The translations under genes and the position numbers were made by a program. From NCBI GenBank assembly GCA_020184695.1, contig JAANOX010000061.1, positions 124,001 to 188,000 of the forward strand: a DNA stretch of 64,000 nucleotides, written 5' to 3'. The notes under the pieces were generated by a model. That model did no database searches. It had not been told where the DNA came from and saw nothing but the letters and a program-made list of their open reading frames with translations. Each line of letters starts with the position of its first letter. The stretch's first letter is position 1. The stretch is from Histomonas meleagridis 2922-C6/04-290x. Its lineage: Eukaryota > Protista > Parabasalia. Shown one piece after another: positions 31,482 to 42,647 of the stretch.

Positions 31482-32291
31482 TTATGTGGAATTAAGAAAC
31501 TTTTCAACTGATGTTGGTAATGTCATCGATGAATTTGTCGTTCGATGAATTAATTTAATTAACATTTGATATTTGTGATTACTTTCTTCAAGTTTTGCAA
31601 CTTTGTTCTTCAATATTTCATAAAGTGATGGTTCGATTCTTTGGTTATAATTAAAATTTGTTTGTGATGATATTTCTTGAAATTTTTTAATTTCATCATT
31701 TCGAATTATTTCCGAAATTTCATTCGGATTATGTCCTTTTTTAATTAATTTCTTATGAAATTCCCAATCATTCTTTGAAAGTTCTTCAATGTTTCCCATA
31801 TTTCGTTTCAAATATTTATTTTTTTCTAGAAATTTTTTGGACATGTAATGTATAAAATATGATTCTTCTCTTATCTGTTTAACTATGTTTGATTCGCATA
31901 AATTTTCTTGCATCTTTCTCTCAAGAAAATATTTTGATTCTTGGGAATATATTTTTAAAATCATTTTTTAAAAAACTTTATTTATTTTAGTTTGTATTTG
32001 TTTGTTATCTTCAAATTTTTTTGTTTCTTTAATGAAATTCATATAAGCTTCTGAATCGTTCATCCTTGCCAAGAATGATGAATAAATTATTTGACTAATA
32101 AGTAAGTTAAATGAATACTGGTAATTATTATCAAACATATCAAATATTGAAAGAGCTGATTGAACTAAATTTTTTTTTTTAATGAAAATATTATTTCTTG
32201 CATAAACTGAATTGTTTCCCAAGCAGCCTGCAGCTTTATCCTTGATAGATAAAAACTTATCCAATTGAACAAAGCTCCTATTATCTATCAA
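31482..32291 (-). pseudogene. Truncated paralogue of the DUF3447/ankyrin family N-terminus with an in-frame stop
   Basis: Two track ORFs in the same frame are separated by TAA at 31968-31970. ELSKNDWEFHKKLIKKGHNPNEISEIIRNDEI...EPSLYE matches both intact genes, then the sequence diverges with no ankyrins. Confidence 0.8.
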
Positions 32292-33440
32292 TCTATCTTT
32301 CTATATCCTTTGTATGCAAACATACTTTCTTAAATACTTTTTTAATTCATTTTAAACTGGTTCCAGGCCAGTGGTTATATTGAATTTGTATGGAAATTTA
32401 AGCGTTCAGCAAATTTGCTTCTAACTGTTTCTGGTTTCTTGAAATTTGCAAATTCACAAGTCACACAAAAAATCAATTCAAATCGACTTTTTATTAAGCC
32501 GATTTTGATGAGTTATCGTGAAAATTTTCAAAATGAGAAAATTGTGTAAATTGGGCAGTGATTGGGTCGTAAAAACTGGTTGTGGTACTTCTGTTCGATT
32601 TCTTCATGTATATTTTTAAATTGATCTCCCCATTGGAATTAACTAAGTTATCTATATTTTCATATTTTTTATTATTTACATCTGTTGTACGTCCAATTAC
32701 ACCAACGACACTGATATGTATCAATTCCTTTATCTGATGCTTCATATAATTTCATAATTAATTCATTATTAATCATATGTTTGTCTTGAAAAATTTGAGG
32801 TTTGGTTGAACATTGAGTCATACATTGCGATTTACAGTGGGCTATAAAATCATTTTTTTTCTTGCAATTTGTTTTTGAATTCGTCAAACCAGCTTCATTC
32901 ATTTTTTCAAAAAGATAATGATTCTTGACTTTGAACAGATAAAAGAGATTGTACGAAAACATTTATAACCTTACAATGTAAACCATTACAAATTTCATTT
33001 ATCCTTGTTATAATTTTTTGCAAATACACGAAAATTAACATATCAAGACAAAATATACATATAGAATTTCGCAAATTACTATAATGAAATAATATGGGTA
33101 AAATTCTCCAGAAAAGTCCACTAAAGAAGATTCCACTGATTCAATGATGTTGTCACCATTTAAATTAAAAACTATCAATAAAATTCTTAAATTTTTTTCA
33201 TATTTTGCATGACTTTGATTGTTTCTTCTTTCATTCTAAAATTTTACCCATTTGGCAAAAAGTGAAGTTGGTTAACGTCCATTCTGAATTTCATTGAAAC
33301 AGAATTAATTCATTTTTGTTCTCCACCTTTCACAAATCAAACGCAGATAAAAACCGTCATTAACTATTCAATTCACAGTTCAGTGACGGTGTAAAGAAAT
33401 ATCGACATTTGATGTGAAAAAATATAAGATCGGCGCTAAA

Positions 33441-34715
33441 ATGAACATAAGCATTGACCAACCCTCTATTCAAGAAAAAGTCGAACGAATGAGCGATAAA
33501 CTCACCAAACTAACTAAAAACATTATGCAGATATCAACTGAAATTGAAGCTTATCAATCTATATATAATCAATCAGTAATTTATTTATTACAACTGCAAA
33601 AAGAAAACGACTCCCTAAAATACCTTTTTAAGAAAGTTAAAGCCAAGTTTGATGAATTAACATCAGATTCTCAAGAATCTCAAATTCCAAAAGTACCTTT
33701 AATTTCTTCACAACCAATATCAACTGAAGTTTTTTCAACCTGCAGTATCCCTTATGAAGTTACGCCCGAGAATACCAAGATCAGTCTCAAGTATGCAATC
33801 AAAACCAATTCTGTTATTTGTTCCATTTCTTTTGATGGCACAGGTAACCTCTTTGCCTTTAGCAATAGCAAGTCTGTCTTTGTTGTCAATACTGAGCAAG
33901 GCACCATATTTACATGTTTTGAAATTCCGAATAATGTTCTTTGTAAAGAAGATTATCCACGTTCTTTACGCATTAGTCCTGATTCCAACTACATTGCTGT
34001 TGCTGGTCCTGACAACAGCATCATATTATTTTCAATTCCTCAAAACAAGATAATCTCCAATCTAACATATCATGAAAATCGTATTTCGTCGCTGCTTTTT
34101 TCACGAGACTCCACACGTCTTTATTCTGGAGGATTTGATGGTAAGATATGTATCTGGGATCTCACCACCATGAAACTCATTAAGTCCGTCGTACGCGATC
34201 CGATACCATCACAAGGTAAGTCAGGTCCTAATATGGTCTTAGCCTTAGCCAAAGATGCCGATGATGAATTCATCGCAGTTGGCTTCATAAACGGAAGTGT
34301 CGGGATCTCCGACATGAGCTTCTCTCAGCCAATGACATGTTTCCGTGCGCATGAGGAATCGAAGTACCTATTGGATGTTGCGATCTCCCCATACGACGGC
34401 GTATTAGCGACATCGTCGCATGACAAAACGACGAAAATCTGGTCGTTAATCGGCGTTGCGAAGTGTAAACAAGTCCTTGGCGAGCACACTGATATGGTGC
34501 TGTCAGTCTGCTTCTCCCCTATGCAGTCGATATGTTTCACAGGTAGTAAAGATGAAACATTTAAGGCTTGGGACTATAAGAAAGGAGAACTGCTGTTCTC
34601 AATGAGAGGCCACACAAATACATTGTTCGAAATTGCTCATCATCCTTCAAAGAAAATGATAGCAACGTGTTCGGGCGATGCACATGTGTGCTTGTGGGAA
34701 TACGATTTGCCTTAA
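33441..34715 (+). CDS. Tup1-like protein: N-terminal coiled coil plus WD40 propeller
   Basis: First ATG at 33441. Multiple WD repeats (YSGGFDGKICIWD, SSHDKTTKIWS, TGSKDETFKAWD, HVCLWEY). Confidence 0.85.
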   Translation: MNISIDQPSIQEKVERMSDKLTKLTKNIMQISTEIEAYQSIYNQSVIYLLQLQKENDSLKYLFKKVKAKFDELTSDSQESQIPKVPLISSQPISTEVFSTCSIPYEVTPENTKISLKYAIKTNSVICSISFDGTGNLFAFSNSKSVFVVNTEQGTIFTCFEIPNNVLCKEDYPRSLRISPDSNYIAVAGPDNSIILFSIPQNKIISNLTYHENRISSLLFSRDSTRLYSGGFDGKICIWDLTTMKLIKSVVRDPIPSQGKSGPNMVLALAKDADDEFIAVGFINGSVGISDMSFSQPMTCFRAHEESKYLLDVAISPYDGVLATSSHDKTTKIWSLIGVAKCKQVLGEHTDMVLSVCFSPMQSICFTGSKDETFKAWDYKKGELLFSMRGHTNTLFEIAHHPSKKMIATCSGDAHVCLWEYDLP

Positions 34716-34924
34716 CCCTTTTGAGAAAGATTGTTTTGACAATAAAAATCAAACTATATGTATATACACATGTTTAGAAAAATAATAAAGAAAATTATGT
34801 TTATGTTGTGAAGCGAGTTTGCGTTTTGGAGTAGTAAATTGGTTGTTTTTTTTAATAAGTTTATAATAAATTTCAATTCTTTTTGTGTTTGCTTAAATCA
34901 AAATAAAGTAATGACTTGTAGTTG

Positions 34925-35254
34925 CAGGAGGTTACGGAAAACGATAAACCGTTGTGTAGAGAATCGATTTAAACGGTTTCTTAGAACTTCGATTTTGCTA
35001 TGAAAAATAAAATTGAACGTGATGTTTATTCATATATTTTTTGATGCTAAGAATATCTTATGCAAAGCTTAGCATATAATGCCAAAATGGCAACACAATT
35101 GGATAATCAACTTTTGAATTTGCATTTTGAAAGTGCATTGTGCTATAAAACAACATCATAGAATATAATAGCAGATAAGGACATCGGCACTGATAATTTT
35201 TGATCCAAACTTTTTGTATTTTCTGTAACCTCCTGTAATTTTTCCGTAACCTCT
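34925..35254. repeat. Inverted-repeat pair, possible MITE-like element
   Basis: caggaggttacggaaaa (34925-34941) is complementary to ttttctgtaacctcctg (35219-35235, 1 mismatch) and to ttttccgtaacctc (35240-35253). No target-site duplication identified. Confidence 0.4.
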
Positions 35255-35888
35255 ATAAAAATGCTGTAATATTATCAAGAATAAACATACTATAAAAATA
35301 GACTACAGTGAAAAACCTATTATAGACTGGCACCTTAATGTAATCGACTTCTACACTATAGTATTATTCATAGAGAACATATTTAGTATATATATATATT
35401 TAATAATTTTTTTTTCGATTTAATTTTGTAATTTTCGCAATATTCCTATTTTTCACTCACTTCACCAAGAAGAATGTTTACACGAAAAAATCTTTTTTCT
35501 CAATTTTCTTTAGATATTATAATTAATTCATATTTTTGGGACTGAATATATGCTGAAATTTCTATTTGCCAACAAACTATATAAAAATTTATGATTTATC
35601 TAAAATTTTGTTGTCGGTCTACAGGTTTTTCACCAATGTCTGTTTCTTTATTGAATAATTATGAAAATGTGTAATTTTTGATTTGTTAGAAAGATAATAA
35701 CTCTAAGTATTTTAAATAAGGTTTCATTTAAATTTGAAAATTAAAATCACTATTTCAAAATTTTCATTTGGCATATCCAAAAGAAGTATTAATTTTTCGA
35801 AAAAGTACCTTATATTTTTAAATAATTAATTAATTTTTTTTAAGCCAAAATAAAAACATAAAAATCATTTACGGCATCAACTAATTAA

Positions 35889-36788
35889 CTATTTATTAAT
35901 ATCATCATCATCGTCGAAATGGTTTTGATATATATTTAACTTTACAAAATTTCGTATTGTTCCAGTTGTTGTCTTTGTCTCTATTTCGAGTTTGAAATCG
36001 GCCTTCACAAGCGTGTTTTTCTTGTCAGTGATTGGATGAAATGTCCAAATTTTCTTCGAGCCAAGCTGTAGACAGAAAGGTATTTGTGTTCCTGGCAAAG
36101 GATTGCCATTTACCAGCTCATAAGAGAAGATCTGTGTGTTAATTGTTGGAGATGATCCTAATTGTTCTGATACATAAAGATGTGCAGTCATCATTAAAAT
36201 GTTCCTTTCTTGTGGAGAAACAAAAACCAACTGGCCTTCAATCTTTTCGTTATTGGAATATTCTAATTTAGGCAACGATAATTGACATGATAAATTGACA
36301 AGGTCAATAGGTCTGATCTTTTGTGGAGACATAGGCCTGGCCATAGTGCGCGGGTTTAAAATAATAATGGGTTGGGTGAAAACAAAGTTTGATTTGAAAA
36401 ATGAACGAGAAATAGTAACAATTATTGTATACCTAGCTTTTACTTTACGTCCATTATATGATGGAAATGTTATCTTTTCTTTGGGAATATCAAAAGATTT
36501 GGTAAAACTTTTGATATTTGAAATTGATCCATTCTCTGAAAGATTTTTTTCACTAATAACTTGATCTTTAATTTTATTGTTACCATGGAGATTATTATAA
36601 TAACTAACAATAAGTTTAAGAGAAATTCCTGTTGGAGAAAATTCTTGATCTGAGATAAATTCAAATCGACCCAGGATATTTTCGCCACAAAATGCAATCG
36701 GAATATTTTTATTTTCTATTTGCAAAAGATCAATATATTTTTGATAGCTTTTATTCTGTTGTATATAAATCGTTCCTTTAGGGATCAT
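35889..36788 (-). CDS. Vps26/arrestin-fold family protein
   Basis: FPSYNGRKVKARYTIIVTISR and YELVNGNPLPGTQIPF resemble Vps26 motifs. Confidence 0.75.
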   Translation of the reverse strand: MIPKGTIYIQQNKSYQKYIDLLQIENKNIPIAFCGENILGRFEFISDQEFSPTGISLKLIVSYYNNLHGNNKIKDQVISEKNLSENGSISNIKSFTKSFDIPKEKITFPSYNGRKVKARYTIIVTISRSFFKSNFVFTQPIIILNPRTMARPMSPQKIRPIDLVNLSCQLSLPKLEYSNNEKIEGQLVFVSPQERNILMMTAHLYVSEQLGSSPTINTQIFSYELVNGNPLPGTQIPFCLQLGSKKIWTFHPITDKKNTLVKADFKLEIETKTTTGTIRNFVKLNIYQNHFDDDDDINK

Positions 36789-37055
36789 TTTGCTTTAGGG
36801 TGCCCCGTTAGAGAACGTTAAGAGTAAATGCTTTTTTTGAAATGAAATTCCATAAAACATATATAAAATTCCTTAAATTTTTAAGCAATATTAAAAGACC
36901 CAAAACGCCGAAAGTAGAAGCATAAAAATTTGATTTATTTCTAGATTTTTTCACAGAAACCATTTTCTGGGTTTTGATTTTTTTGCACCGTTTGTTAACC
37001 GATTTCTTAGAACTCAATTCAATTTCTCCATCGTTTTGAAACTGCTTAAAAAGAG

Positions 37056-37721
37056 ATGGCCTACCTTTTAGCGAATGACATCCAAACAATGCAACATCAA
37101 CTAGATGAAATATGTCAAAATTCTCTAAGTATTGGTGATTGGTCTGATACTCCAGAACTAAGAGAATCACTACAAAATGATGTTAAATCACTTATGGAGC
37201 TTTCCCAACAAGTTAAATCCACAATAATTTCTCTTCGAGAAAAAGGAGATCCAGAAGTTGACAGTTACCAACAACAATTTGATCAACTTCGTGCTGATAT
37301 GCAAGATAAATTACCGGGAGTTTTACAGGCTTTGCGAAGATGCTACGACTCCATTCACCCTCAACAACAACAACCGGTTCTTAATCAACCCCTTCTTGAT
37401 CAAGAACAACTTGACGGCGAAACAGAGTATCTTGAAATTATGGAACAAGAAGTTAACCAAATTCTCTCAACAATGAGAGACCTTCAGCAAATTTTCCAGC
37501 AGACACTTGAGGAAATTCAAAAGCAAAGGCATTTACTCGTGAGTGTTGATTCCATTGTTACAAGTTCTAAACAAAATATGCAATCTGGAAACGTCCAACT
37601 TGAAGAAGCTCATAAACATCAAAAAGGCTCATCCAGAGCAATGTGTATCATCATTGTTATTATTGTTGTTATTGCTATAGGAGTTGTTGTGTTTTGTTCC
37701 TTGTATTTCACCAGAAAGTAA
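37056..37721 (+). CDS. Syntaxin (Qa-SNARE)
   Basis: SNARE heptad (EQEVNQILSTMRDLQQIFQQTLEEIQKQRHLLVSVDSIV...GNVQLEEA) and a C-terminal TM anchor. Confidence 0.85.
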   Translation: MAYLLANDIQTMQHQLDEICQNSLSIGDWSDTPELRESLQNDVKSLMELSQQVKSTIISLREKGDPEVDSYQQQFDQLRADMQDKLPGVLQALRRCYDSIHPQQQQPVLNQPLLDQEQLDGETEYLEIMEQEVNQILSTMRDLQQIFQQTLEEIQKQRHLLVSVDSIVTSSKQNMQSGNVQLEEAHKHQKGSSRAMCIIIVIIVVIAIGVVVFCSLYFTRK

Positions 37722-37942
37722 AAAGGCTATTGAATTCTTATTTGTAAAGTACATAAAAAGTGGGATTGATCTTGTTTTAATCGTTCATACAAAGTTCTTT
37801 CTTGGAACTCAACATATTAAAAATCTAAATTAATTCATTATTGATCATTACAGCAATGTGTTTTATCACGAATTTATATATAAACAATTAAAACTCATGA
37901 GCAATTTCAAGTTTCCATAAGTGCCCGTTTATTGAATTGACA

Positions 37943-39256
37943 ATGTTTGTTCAATACAACACAATGGCTTTGAATGAAACTGTTATTGAAATATCTCAAG
38001 AACTTGATATAAAATTCTCATCTGAACGCAATTCTGAAGATATTGCTAGAGATGCAGAATCGTTTATCATAAAAATTGTTGAACTTGCAAATCGTATTCG
38101 AAAACATAAACATATGACTTGGTTGAAAGCATCAGATATAAATGAATCATTAAAATCTAAAATGCTCCAACCTCTGTATGGTTATCAGTCAAATGAAATT
38201 GAACAACTCGTTCATATTGGTCAAGTTTCTGATCTCGACATTCTTGCCTATGATGATGAACAAATTCCCCTCACTAGCTTTGCTCACTCTCCACTCAAAG
38301 GATATCCACAAGATAGGCTTTTTGATTTTCATTGGCTTGCAATTAATGGAATCCAGCCACAAATTGAACAAAATGTTTGCGAGCATGATATAAAGCCTAC
38401 TATTCCCAATCGTCTTCTACCACTTACAGAGCAAATGCGAGCCACTGATCAATCTGTATTATTAATTTCATCCAAAACCATTTTACCTCAATCTCTCCAA
38501 AATTATTATTGCTCATCTCTTGAGACCATTAAGCAGCGTTTTAATTCACAGACCGAAACCACCGAATTTTTAAAATTGTTAGATTCATTATCCAACGAAA
38601 CTGCCATTCAACCCTTACTTCCTTTCTTTCTCAAAGTCGTTAGTGAGACCATTGTTACTAATGGCAAGAGTCCCCAACATCTTCAAGTATCACTAAATCT
38701 TGCACGAGCACTTTTTTCCAATGCACGACTTGACACCGAGCTTTTCCTTCATTCATTTATATCTATAGCCATTACTCTTCTTGTACATTCGCCTCTCGGC
38801 GATGACCATCTTGATGACATGTACAACCTCCGATCATCGGCCGCCGACTTTTTGAATGTTATCGTTCTCAAATCACAACATCAATTTCCAAAACTTCAAC
38901 AAAATATTGCTGAATATTTAATATCGATTGTATTTGATAGTAGGCTTTCACTTCCATCACAGTTAGGCGCAGTACTTGGATTACAATGCGTAGATAAAGT
39001 ATATATTCGAAATTTGTTGATTCCAAATTTACCTTCAATGTTTACTACTATAAGAAATGAAATGAATAGCAAAGATATGACTTTAAGAATTCAATCTTCA
39101 CATTTATATGGCGCTTTGTTAAGATTATGCGCACTATGTTTTCATCCCGATTACTTCGATGGTGAATTGGAAGAGGAATACAAATGCGTTTTTGATGCAA
39201 TCGTTGGGTTCTTCGGCGACGACTTTTTGTCGTTTTGCGAATTCCCTAAAAATTAA
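37943..39256 (+). CDS. TAF6: TFIID subunit 6
   Basis: Histone-fold N-terminus, LQPLYGY, FHWLAINGIQPQI, AIQPLLPFF and a HEAT C-terminus. The start could alternatively be the ATG at 37964. Confidence 0.9.
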   Translation: MFVQYNTMALNETVIEISQELDIKFSSERNSEDIARDAESFIIKIVELANRIRKHKHMTWLKASDINESLKSKMLQPLYGYQSNEIEQLVHIGQVSDLDILAYDDEQIPLTSFAHSPLKGYPQDRLFDFHWLAINGIQPQIEQNVCEHDIKPTIPNRLLPLTEQMRATDQSVLLISSKTILPQSLQNYYCSSLETIKQRFNSQTETTEFLKLLDSLSNETAIQPLLPFFLKVVSETIVTNGKSPQHLQVSLNLARALFSNARLDTELFLHSFISIAITLLVHSPLGDDHLDDMYNLRSSAADFLNVIVLKSQHQFPKLQQNIAEYLISIVFDSRLSLPSQLGAVLGLQCVDKVYIRNLLIPNLPSMFTTIRNEMNSKDMTLRIQSSHLYGALLRLCALCFHPDYFDGELEEEYKCVFDAIVGFFGDDFLSFCEFPKN

Positions 39257-39852
39257 ATACAGAGTTTGTGTAAGTTAAGAAACATATGTAAATATAAGAT
39301 TTTTAATAAAATATTAATAATTTTCATTGAATCTAAGTTTTTCTAATTAGAAGTAAACTTGACATATCAATTGATTTTAAAAATATAATGAACACGAAGA
39401 CATCCCAATATGTCCAAAGGCATAATTTGTTCATTGTAACTTTAAGAAAATCTTTTGCAAATTCAATTTAATTTCAGTGCCTCTCACAAAAAACTGAGTC
39501 CATTGGGAAAAAGCAAAGCAGCTGAATTTTAACTGTTGGGGGAATATTAAATTTCGTATTACTCCAATTATTTGATATTATTTATATAATTAGAATAAAG
39601 ATAAAAGTAGATTATTAAGCAATATTTAGAGGTTATTCTAATGTACAAAATATAAATCAACTGTTTTAATTTTTTTTTTTCCGTATAATTTTTTCGAACG
39701 ATCATTTTTGCCATAAAATATCTATCGTCCTCTATCGTAAATAACGTATTTTTTCCGAGGTATAGTTCAGCATTGCCAAATAATTTTTAGAAAAACACAT
39801 TAAAAATTTCAATTGAAATTTTTATAACTAGAAAATATAAAATCAAATATCT

Positions 39853-40587
39853 TTAATGTGGTTTCCAGTCGACTTGCTCCAATCCCTGGAACGTGTTCTT
39901 GAGTCCATTTGGATTTGCCCATTCCGAGTTCATGTATGAGTCATCGTCGTCATCCTGTATCCGCTTTAATTCTTCGGCCTTTTTGTGCATTGCCGACATC
40001 ATCTTTATCTGTGCTTCTTTACTCATGGAAATTTCGCGTGGAGGAGGACCAGATTTTGCATCAGTGAGTTTGGCAATGGCTTTGGTGCGTGAATTGTTGC
40101 CTAAGTAATCACTGACTTTTTTGTCGCGCTGAAGTGATTTACGTGCCCACCAGAGTTGGCATGTCTGTGGATCAAATTCGCCACTAACATCAGCGCCTTC
40201 TAAAACCTTGCGAACAGGTTCTGTTGGTGGAAGACCTTCAGGATAAATTATGGATACTGCTCCTGAAAGTCGTGCAAGCTCTTCGGACATAAAAGATGGA
40301 GTGAAGTTGAATTTTTTGGTGACTTGATCAGGAGAAATTGCTGTCTCAGCATCTGAAATGGCACGTTCAAGAATTCCGGCATTTTCTGGTGGATTACTGC
40401 GCTCATCGTTTTCACCCATGGGACCACTTTTGATTAACTCTTTTATATATTCAACTAAACAACGGATTCTTAAAATTGTATTATGAATTGCAGCTATTTC
40501 GGTGATAACATCTGAAATGCTAGCGTCATTTGTGGTTTCATATAAAAATTCTGTTTCTTTTGTTGTTTGAAGGTGGAAAATGACCAT
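39853..40587 (-). CDS. CFAP298: Cilia- and flagella-associated protein 298 (C21orf59) family
   Basis: FLYET, QLWWARKSL, YLGNNSRTK, PPPRE and DDDDSYMNSEWANP..LK motifs. ATG taken at 40587 (MVIFHL). Confidence 0.9.
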   Translation of the reverse strand: MVIFHLQTTKETEFLYETTNDASISDVITEIAAIHNTILRIRCLVEYIKELIKSGPMGENDERSNPPENAGILERAISDAETAISPDQVTKKFNFTPSFMSEELARLSGAVSIIYPEGLPPTEPVRKVLEGADVSGEFDPQTCQLWWARKSLQRDKKVSDYLGNNSRTKAIAKLTDAKSGPPPREISMSKEAQIKMMSAMHKKAEELKRIQDDDDDSYMNSEWANPNGLKNTFQGLEQVDWKPH

Positions 40588-41683
40588 TTTTATTAAATGG
40601 CCGATTCCAAAATTAACGATTATTGGGGTGCCCCTAAATAAAGTATTCAATATAGCCACTTTTGCATTTTATTGGGAATGTTAGCTAGCTAACATCGAAT
40701 TATGGTTTATTTTTATTATACTTTATTAAAATACTTAGCATTTCATTCATCATAAAATGCTTCGATGCTGATTACTCAAATTCCTTTAAAAACACAATTT
40801 AAAATAACATCGATTATGCTTAATGAAACTCCATAAATTCATTCCAAATTACCACAATAAGAAGTACTGAAGATTAATGAGATGTCTATGTTATTGGATG
40901 ATTTATTGTATAATATTTTATTGCGTTTTGCATTATTTTAAAGCTGTTGGCATAATATTATCATTATCAATACATAAAATATTTACAAGTCAAAGGCTTC
41001 ATAACTGTGAGTAAGCATAGCGAATGTGAACCAATTGAATTAATGCTTGAATAGAACAAACAAAGTAATAAATCGAGGTGCTTTAAACTTATTTTACTTT
41101 TACCTATGAAGAAGGTGCATATTCATATAATTTATTCAAATTGATTATTAAAGAAAATGTTTGTTTGATTGGAGCTGACAGTTCATAATTATGATGGCGC
41201 CTGGCTTTTATGTGATAAATTCTTTATAATGAAGTTCTTAATGAATACATTATGCATTATAAGAAGAATTTGATTATCAGATTGTCTGCTAGCGTGGGCG
41301 TTTTGAGTGTCATAATAATCGGATCTATAATTGCTTTTGTGGTACCTAGAAAGAGGTAGGAAAAATATTAAACTCAATTTATGATGAACAAATTTTCTCA
41401 TCACACATTTATTAAATAGTTATTTATTCCTTTTATTTATTGTTTATTTTTGGTAACTAAAAGCATTTGAGTATTTCTAAATAAATGAAAACAATCTCAT
41501 ATTTAGATTTGATATGATTTCCAACAACATGGAAATTTTTGATTGAAAGAATGAGACGTTAGATGGATTTTTTTTTCTAAGAACTTGTATTTTTTAAATA
41601 TAGTAATAAAGGGAAGTAATTCTTTTAAAAAAGCTTTGCAATGTTCTTTTATTTTGGCGTACTTAACTTGAAACATTATTTTA

Positions 41684-41929
41684 ATGGATCTATCGAAATC
41701 ATTAGAATCCATTATCTTCAATCCCAGTGAAAAAAATTTTGAAACATCAGTTCAAGCAATAATTAATTTATTTGTTGATAGACTACCATATATTATTTAC
41801 GAAAATTTAGATGATTTAGAGGTTCCTAATGCAGATTATATAGACCAAGACTTCAATGAATATAATTATTTGATAAAACTATTTCCAGAAATGAATGTAA
41901 TTTATAAAAACTTGAAGTATTATTATTAA
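41684..41929 (+). pseudogene. Possible remnant of the DUF3447/ankyrin family N-terminus
   Basis: IIFNPSEKNFETSVQAIINLF resembles VFNLNQENVESTVQKILSFF of the gene at 45604. Short ORF followed by degenerate low-complexity DNA. Confidence 0.4.
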
Positions 41930-42647
41930 AATGTTCCTAAAAGACAACGAACTAATGAATTAGGTATGTTATTAGAGGAATGTCATATATAAAATGTTTA
42001 TTGATCATACTCACGATAATTATTTAATAAGTTCTGATTACACAGGGATTACTCATCATGAAGATTTATTTGAAAACGAAGAAGAAGAGATAACTATGAA
42101 ATATACACTAATGTTAATCAAGATTTAAAAGTTAATGGTAATATAGAATGTGATAATATTAATGGTATTGATACTGATAATATTTCTTAAATAAATCATA
42201 ATTTAACTAATGAAAGTTTAATTGATATAAATAATAAATTAACTGGTATTATCTACAACAAGGATGTATTAGAAACTAATGAAGAAGAAGATATTTATGA
42301 TATATATACTAATATTAATTAACGATGAAAGTTGAGAATAGTGGCAGCAGAAATTTTGTCACATGTAGCTTGTAATATATGTGAATATTGATTATAAACA
42401 ATATCCGTTTTAACTGTCATAAATATCTATTATGATTATTATGTATTTACATATAATTAATTATGAATCGACTAATTCGTTAGTACACATATATAATTAT
42501 TTATTTACATGTAAATAATAAAAAAATTCGATATGACTTTTATTCAATTAGTATTTATCTCTAAAAAATACAAGGAAACAAAATCTGTTGTATGATACAT
42601 TGAATTTTGTGTCAATCAACGAAATTTATAACTCCAACATAAACAAT

